64,000 nucleotides of DNA, from positions 53,788 to 117,787 of the forward strand of contig JANNVQ010000041.1 of the NCBI GenBank assembly GCA_031414535.1. Direction: 5' to 3'. The stretch is from Gemmatimonas sp. GTDB taxonomy: Bacteria; Gemmatimonadota; Gemmatimonadetes; Gemmatimonadales; Gemmatimonadaceae. The notes beneath the pieces were generated by a model. The model made no database searches. It was not told where the DNA came from and saw only the letters and a program-made list of their open reading frames with translations. The position numbers and the translations under genes were made by a program. Positions 58,986 to 64,000 of this stretch are shown one piece after another. Within the stretch, counting starts at the first letter, position 1. Each line of letters opens with the position of its first letter.

Positions 58986-59791
58986 GACTTGGATTCCTCT
59001 GCGAGTAACTCGCCGTTCTCATCGAGCTCATCCGGCTCTTCGAAGGGCGAGGGAAGTTCAAGGACGCCGCGCATGACGGCAAAAATCACGCCGGTCAACA
59101 CGTAAAGCACGCCAAAGGGAAAGAAGAATTCCTTGGGCAGGAAGAACAACGCGAAGATGCTCGAGATGAAGACCACGATGCCCGCCGCGCCGTGGATGGT
59201 GCGGAACGTGAACTTGGGCCATCCCGGGAACGGGACGTTGGAGATCATGAGGAAGCCAAGCCCGACCATCAGAAAGCGTAAAATCACTTCCCACGGCCAT
59301 CCGCTGATGAAGGTCTCGTTATACAGCGGCGTCTGGCTGAACCAATAGTAGGTGGCCAAGGTGCCACCGGCCGCTGGGCTCGGCAGACCCTTGAAGTACG
59401 CCTTGGACTTCCCGGCAGACTCTACGTTGAATCGTGCTAGGCGCATCACCGCGCATGCACAAAAGAGCCACACCAAAATCCAGTCCCAGCCGCTGTGCTT
59501 GAGCACGGCGAAGTACATCATCAATGCCGGGGCGAGGCCGAACGAGATGGCGTCCACGAGGGAATCCAGCTCCTCGCCAAACGGCGAGCCGGTGTTGGTC
59601 GCGCGAGCGATGCGTCCGTCGAGCATGTCGCAGAAACCGCCAAACACGATGTACCAGCCGGCCTGTATGTGGTCACCGCGTGCTGCTGCCACGATGGCGA
59701 AGATGCCGAAGAACAGGTTGGCCAGCGTGAAGCCGTTGGGCAGCATCACCAACGACGGCCTTGGGAAGCGCTTGCGTCGAGCAGCCGTCAC
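58982..59791 (-). CDS. pssA: CDP-diacylglycerol--serine O-phosphatidyltransferase (CDP-alcohol phosphatidyltransferase)
   Basis: LPNGFTLANL, DMLDGRIAR...GEELDSLVD, RLARFN, FKGLPSP. Confidence 0.9.
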   Translation of the reverse strand: MTAARRKRFPRPSLVMLPNGFTLANLFFGIFAIVAAARGDHIQAGWYIVFGGFCDMLDGRIARATNTGSPFGEELDSLVDAISFGLAPALMMYFAVLKHSGWDWILVWLFCACAVMRLARFNVESAGKSKAYFKGLPSPAAGGTLATYYWFSQTPLYNETFISGWPWEVILRFLMVGLGFLMISNVPFPGWPKFTFRTIHGAAGIVVFISSIFALFFLPKEFFFPFGVLYVLTGVIFAVMRGVLELPSPFEEPDELDENGELLAEESKS

Positions 59792-59985
59792 AGGGTTTCT
59801 CCGATAGCTCGCGCGACCGCCCGGTCCTCGCGATGGGTATACGCCGCCCCAAGTGCTAGGACAGTGCAAGTTAGCGCCAGGAGCCAGAGCGGCCACGAAC
59901 GGCGCGCGTGCGCGAATACAAATCCTGCGGCGGCAATCGCCAACAGAATGAAGAATAACCGGAAGCCCTCGGGTGACAGCGTCAC
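59788..59985 (-). pseudogene. 65-aa membrane ORF, probable internally deleted remnant of phosphatidylserine decarboxylase
   Basis: Occupies the psd position directly before pssA; PEG + two TMs + AYTHREDR in place of FFRDPxR; ends GETL; no GS cleavage motif. Confidence 0.55.
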
Positions 59986-59989
59986 GGCA

Positions 59990-60922
59990 TCACGGCAAAC
60001 GGGTGAGATCGAGTGCCGCACCGGTCAAACGCTCGTACGCCTCGAGATAGCGCCGGCTCGTCGCGCCCACCACTGCATCCGGCAAGCTGGGAGGGGGCGC
60101 CTCACCGTTCCAGCGGCCAGCCAACTTCTCGGCGGCCAGCCAGTCACGCAGCGGCTGCTTATCGAAGCTCGGTGGAGCGGAACCTTCCTTCCACTGATCG
60201 GCCGGCCAAAAGCGCGAGCTATCGGGCGTCATCACCTCATCAATCAACAAGGTGCGGCCTTCGGCGTCGCAACCGAACTCGAATTTGGTGTCGGCGATGA
60301 TGATTCCGCGCTGCGCGGCGAGGTCGCGGCCGCGCGAGTATACGAGCCGCGCTAAGCGTTCGAGCTCCGTCGCGGCGTCCGCACCAACGGCCCTCGCCAT
60401 TTGAGTGGTCGTGATGTTCTCGTCGTGGCCAGACTCAGCCTTCGTGGCCGGCGAGAAGATGGGTGGTTCAAACCGCGAGCTTTCCTTGAGTCCGCTCGCC
60501 AGCCGCTCGCCGGCGAGCGTGCCCGTGGCCTGATACTCCTTAAACGCGGAGCCAGCCAGGTAGCCGCGCACCACGCACTCCACGGGAAAAACGTCCGTGC
60601 GCACGCAGAGCATGGAGCGCCCCGCGAGCTCGTCGCGGTGCAGGGAAATGCCTGGCGCCTTCGCGATAATCTCGTCAACGTCGCAGGACAGCATATGGTT
60701 CATCACCTGCCCCTCAAACTGCCGCAGCCACCATGCGGTCAGCTGGGTCAACACCGCACCCTTGTAGGGCACCAGCTCGCGCATCACCACATCAAACGCG
60801 CTGACGCGGTCGCTGGCCACCAACAGCACGAACTCGTCACCCACCGCGTACACGTCGCGTACCTTGCCACGCCTGATCAGCGGCAGTGGTAACGTGGTCT
60901 GCCCAACGAGCAATGAGGTCAT
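59990..60922 (-). CDS. purC: SAICAR synthase
   Basis: [45 protein letters not shown]. Confidence 0.97.
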   Translation of the reverse strand: MTSLLVGQTTLPLPLIRRGKVRDVYAVGDEFVLLVASDRVSAFDVVMRELVPYKGAVLTQLTAWWLRQFEGQVMNHMLSCDVDEIIAKAPGISLHRDELAGRSMLCVRTDVFPVECVVRGYLAGSAFKEYQATGTLAGERLASGLKESSRFEPPIFSPATKAESGHDENITTTQMARAVGADAATELERLARLVYSRGRDLAAQRGIIIADTKFEFGCDAEGRTLLIDEVMTPDSSRFWPADQWKEGSAPPSFDKQPLRDWLAAEKLAGRWNGEAPPPSLPDAVVGATSRRYLEAYERLTGAALDLTRLP

Positions 60923-62352
60923 ACGCGGACCTCTTCCTTGGCCAGGGCAGTTTCACCAGCGGCCACGAGAATCGGCTGAATCACCTCGGCGAGAAAATCA
61001 TCCACCTGCTGCGGGGCACGTCCCACAAAGCGCATCGGATCTGTGACGGCAGCGAGATCCTCGCTTGGGACAGGGAACGCCGGATCCTTGGCCAAACGCT
61101 CCAGCATGTCGTTGGCCTTGCCTTCATCCTTCATGGCACGCGCGGCGGCGATGGAGTGCACGCGAATCACCTCGTGTACCGCCTGACGATCGCCACCTGC
61201 ATTCACCGCCCGCACGATCAAGGCTTCGGTTGCCATGAACGGAAGTTCTTCATTCAGCCGCGCACGAATGCGCGCCGGATGCACCTCGAGACCACTCACG
61301 ATGTTCTCGAGCAGGATGAGGATGGCATCTGTGGCCAGAAACGCCTCGGGAATCGTAATGCGGCGAATGGCCGAGTCGTCGAGTGTACGCTCGAAGTACT
61401 GCACACTATGCGTCTGGTTCGGCGTCCCCGAGATACTCAACACGAAGCGAGCCAGTGAGTTGATGCGCTCCGATCGCATGGGATTGCGCTTGTACGCCAT
61501 CGCAGAGGATCCAATCTGTTCCTTGCCGAAGGGCTCTTCGATCTCGCCGAAGCTCTGCAGCATGCGCAGATCGCTGGCGAACTTCGCCGCGCTCGCCGAG
61601 AGACCGGCCAGCAAGTCCACGACCTGCTGATCAATCTTACGCGAGTAGGTTTGGCCGCTCACCGGGATGGAGCCAGGAAATCCCATCGCCTTGCACACGC
61701 GGGTGTCGAGTTCGCGCACCTTCGCGTGATCGCCGTTGAACAGCTCAAGGAAACTGGCTTGCGTCCCGGTGGTGCCCTTCACGCCGCGCATCGGGATCTG
61801 CGCAATGCGGTGGTCAATGTCCGCGAGGTCCAGTACCAAGTCCTGAAGCCAGAGCGTCGCGCGCTTGCCGACCGTGGTGAGTTGTGCGGGCTGAAGATGC
61901 GTGTAGCCAAGCGCCGGCTCGTTCTTCCATTCGGCGGCGAACTGCGAGAGCGCACGGATGACGGCTAAGAGACGGCCACGCAACAGTTCGAGCCCGCGCC
62001 GCATCTGAATCAAGTCACCGTTGTCGGTGACGAAGCAACTCGTGGCACCCAAATGAATCACGCCCTTCGCGGCCGGTGCCACATCGCCAAAGGCATGAAT
62101 GTGGGCCATCACATCATGGCGGAATCGCTTCTCGTACTCAGCCACCGCCGTGAAGTCGATGTCGTCCAGATGCGCCCGCATCTGCGTAAGCGCGTCCGCG
62201 GAAATGGAGACGCCGAGGTCCCGCTCGGCTTCGGCCAGCGCAAGCCAGAGGCGGCGCCACAGCCCGTGGCGGGTCTGCATGCTCCAGAGTTCGAGCATCG
62301 CCTGAGAGGCGTAGCGGTCGGCGAGGGGAGAGCGAAACGTATTGTGGCTCAT
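60919..62352 (-). CDS. purB: Adenylosuccinate lyase
   Basis: [34 protein letters not shown]. Confidence 0.96.
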   Translation of the reverse strand: MSHNTFRSPLADRYASQAMLELWSMQTRHGLWRRLWLALAEAERDLGVSISADALTQMRAHLDDIDFTAVAEYEKRFRHDVMAHIHAFGDVAPAAKGVIHLGATSCFVTDNGDLIQMRRGLELLRGRLLAVIRALSQFAAEWKNEPALGYTHLQPAQLTTVGKRATLWLQDLVLDLADIDHRIAQIPMRGVKGTTGTQASFLELFNGDHAKVRELDTRVCKAMGFPGSIPVSGQTYSRKIDQQVVDLLAGLSASAAKFASDLRMLQSFGEIEEPFGKEQIGSSAMAYKRNPMRSERINSLARFVLSISGTPNQTHSVQYFERTLDDSAIRRITIPEAFLATDAILILLENIVSGLEVHPARIRARLNEELPFMATEALIVRAVNAGGDRQAVHEVIRVHSIAAARAMKDEGKANDMLERLAKDPAFPVPSEDLAAVTDPMRFVGRAPQQVDDFLAEVIQPILVAAGETALAKEEVRV

Positions 62353-63779
62353 CGAATGCGGAAGTCGGTCGAGTAGACGGTACCGTTGCGCTCAAAGAAC
62401 ATGCGAATCGGCCCACGGCCGATGTAATACTCCAACGCCCGGGCGCCTTGCTGAGCGTCGGTGACCGGGGTGCGATTCACTTGGATGATGAGGTCGCCAC
62501 TGCGAATGCCAAGATCCTGGGAGACGCGATCGCTCACTGACGCGACGATTGCGCCGCGCTCGGCCCGCAGTCCGCGTTCGGCGCGAATAGCCGGGGTGAG
62601 CGAAATGAGTTCGAGCTCGCGCAGGACGGCCACCCGCTCAGCACCCACCTCAGGCAGGTCGCGTACGCGAACCGAAAGTTTCTGTTCGCGGGACCCACGG
62701 CGCACGGTCAGTTCCACCGTCTCGCCCACGCGTAGCTCGAGTAGTTCGGCTTCCCAGTCGTAGGGATTGCGAATCACGCGGTCTCGAGACTGCGTGATGA
62801 TATCACCCGCGCGCAGGCTGGCATCGGCAGCTGGCGAACCAGGCACCACCGTCTCGATGGCGGCACCGGTGTTCAATGACCCGCGCGCGGCAGTCGCGCC
62901 GGACTGTTGCACTTTCACGCCAATCCACGGACGTCGTACGCTGCCATGGGCAAGCAAATCTTCAGCCACGCGCCGTGCACGATCAATCGGGATGGCGAAG
63001 CCTAAGCCGATGCTACCGCCCGTGGGCGTGTAGATGGAGCTATTCACGCCAACGACTTGACCTTCCGCGTTGATCAGCGGCCCACCGGAATTTCCAGGGT
63101 TAATGGACGCGTCCGTTTGGATCATGTCTACATAGACGCCAGGCCCGTCGCCACGACCGGTCAGATTGCGACCCACGCCGCTCACCACGCCCGCCGTCAC
63201 CGAAGGTTCGGAGTTGCCGAGCAAAAATCCGTAGGGATTGCCAATGGCAATCACCCACTCGCCGATGAGCATGCCGCGAGAAGTTCCGAGCGGTGCGGTG
63301 GGCAGTCCCTTGGCATCAATGCGCAGCACGGCGAGATCGTTGAGTTCATCCTCGCCCACAACGGTTGCCGGATACGTCGTGCCATCGCGCATGGCGACGC
63401 GGACGCTTGAGGCGCCAGAAATCACGTGCGCGTTCGTGACGATGACGCCGTCTTCGCGTACGATGAACCCAGAACCAAGTCCCGGTACCACCTGATTTCC
63501 GCTGCGCACGCCGAAGAAGGCGTCAAACGGGGTGATGGCATTGCGCTCTACGCGTTCCGTTTGCACGGTGACGACAGCCGGCGAAACCCGCGCCACGGCT
63601 TCCGTAATGGCCGTGCGCCGCGACGTATTGATGGCGCTTGGCGATGGATCAGTCGCCGGGAGCTGCTGCGAAGCCGGAGGCGTCCCTTGCGCATCCGAGG
63701 TGCTTGGCGCGGCACCCTCACAGGCGACGGCGAGGAGCGTGAGCCCGACAATGGAGACGAGGCGCACGTTGCGACTCAC
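62349..63779 (-). CDS. HtrA/DegQ-family serine protease lipoprotein with two PDZ domains
   Basis: Lipobox AVAC; TNAHV, DLAVL, INPGNSGGPL catalytic triad motifs. Confidence 0.94.
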   Translation of the reverse strand: MSRNVRLVSIVGLTLLAVACEGAAPSTSDAQGTPPASQQLPATDPSPSAINTSRRTAITEAVARVSPAVVTVQTERVERNAITPFDAFFGVRSGNQVVPGLGSGFIVREDGVIVTNAHVISGASSVRVAMRDGTTYPATVVGEDELNDLAVLRIDAKGLPTAPLGTSRGMLIGEWVIAIGNPYGFLLGNSEPSVTAGVVSGVGRNLTGRGDGPGVYVDMIQTDASINPGNSGGPLINAEGQVVGVNSSIYTPTGGSIGLGFAIPIDRARRVAEDLLAHGSVRRPWIGVKVQQSGATAARGSLNTGAAIETVVPGSPAADASLRAGDIITQSRDRVIRNPYDWEAELLELRVGETVELTVRRGSREQKLSVRVRDLPEVGAERVAVLRELELISLTPAIRAERGLRAERGAIVASVSDRVSQDLGIRSGDLIIQVNRTPVTDAQQGARALEYYIGRGPIRMFFERNGTVYSTDFRIR

Positions 63780-64000
63780 TTGGTGCGACGCGGCCGAGCG
63801 CGCCGACTCACGTCCACCAAAAACCGATCAATGCCACGATCTGTGAGCGGATGTTGCAAGAAGGAGCGAAGCACGTCGACGCTCACCACGGCGGCATCAG
63901 CGCCAGCCGCGGCCAGTTCCGCGAAGCGCGCTGCGTTCGGTGGCCCCGCCACCACCACATCGCAATCGAGGCCCGTGGCGCGGAACGCATCGCGCAATCC
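63776..64000 (-). CDS. Transaldolase/FSA-family protein, C-terminal fragment (5' end outside window), divergent
   Basis: AAAGAD...HPLTDRGIDRFL matches the family C-terminal helix. Confidence 0.7.
   Translation of the reverse strand, partial: GLRDAFRATGLDCDVVVAGPPNAARFAELAAAGADAAVVSVDVLRSFLQHPLTDRGIDRFLVDVSRRARPRRTK

Overview
A 64-kb, GC-rich, gene-dense bacterial chromosome segment made mostly of core housekeeping genes. Gene order and protein features suggest Gemmatimonadota, but this is an inference and was not verified. Order on the + strand: 3' end of cmk, an antisense ClC transporter, rpsA, a DUF3494 ice-binding-like lipoprotein, an acyl-CoA carboxylase operon containing an RlmD/TrmA methyltransferase, rplM-rpsI-rpsB-tsf-pyrH-frr-uppS-cdsA-dxr-rseP, rpsO-pnp-M16 peptidase-ald, mreBCD-mrdA-rodA, accD-folC-hisS-proS-lysA-phosphoesterase-guaA and a MATE transporter. 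Next come DUF853 and PTS-IIA (-), dusB-larB-GGDEF, tmRNA and a small accessory block (ChrA, EF-hand membrane protein, RidA, secreted creatininase-family protein, SGNH-like lipoprotein). A long minus-strand run ends the window: degenerate transaldolase-like gene, HtrA, purB, purC, Psd-like remnant, pssA, purS, purQ, Zn-ribbon protein, purL, purF, ppdK. I found no integrase, transposase, CRISPR array, tRNA or rRNA gene. The most unusual signals are: (1) seven intergenic GACGGA(T/A) heptamer arrays with strict polarity relative to transcription; (2) two related long palindromic elements with shared asymmetric ends bracketing MATE+DUF853; (3) an apparently catalytically deleted but still translationally coupled Psd remnant; (4) widespread leaderless, SD-less initiation; (5) an ice-binding-like lipoprotein inserted after rpsA.
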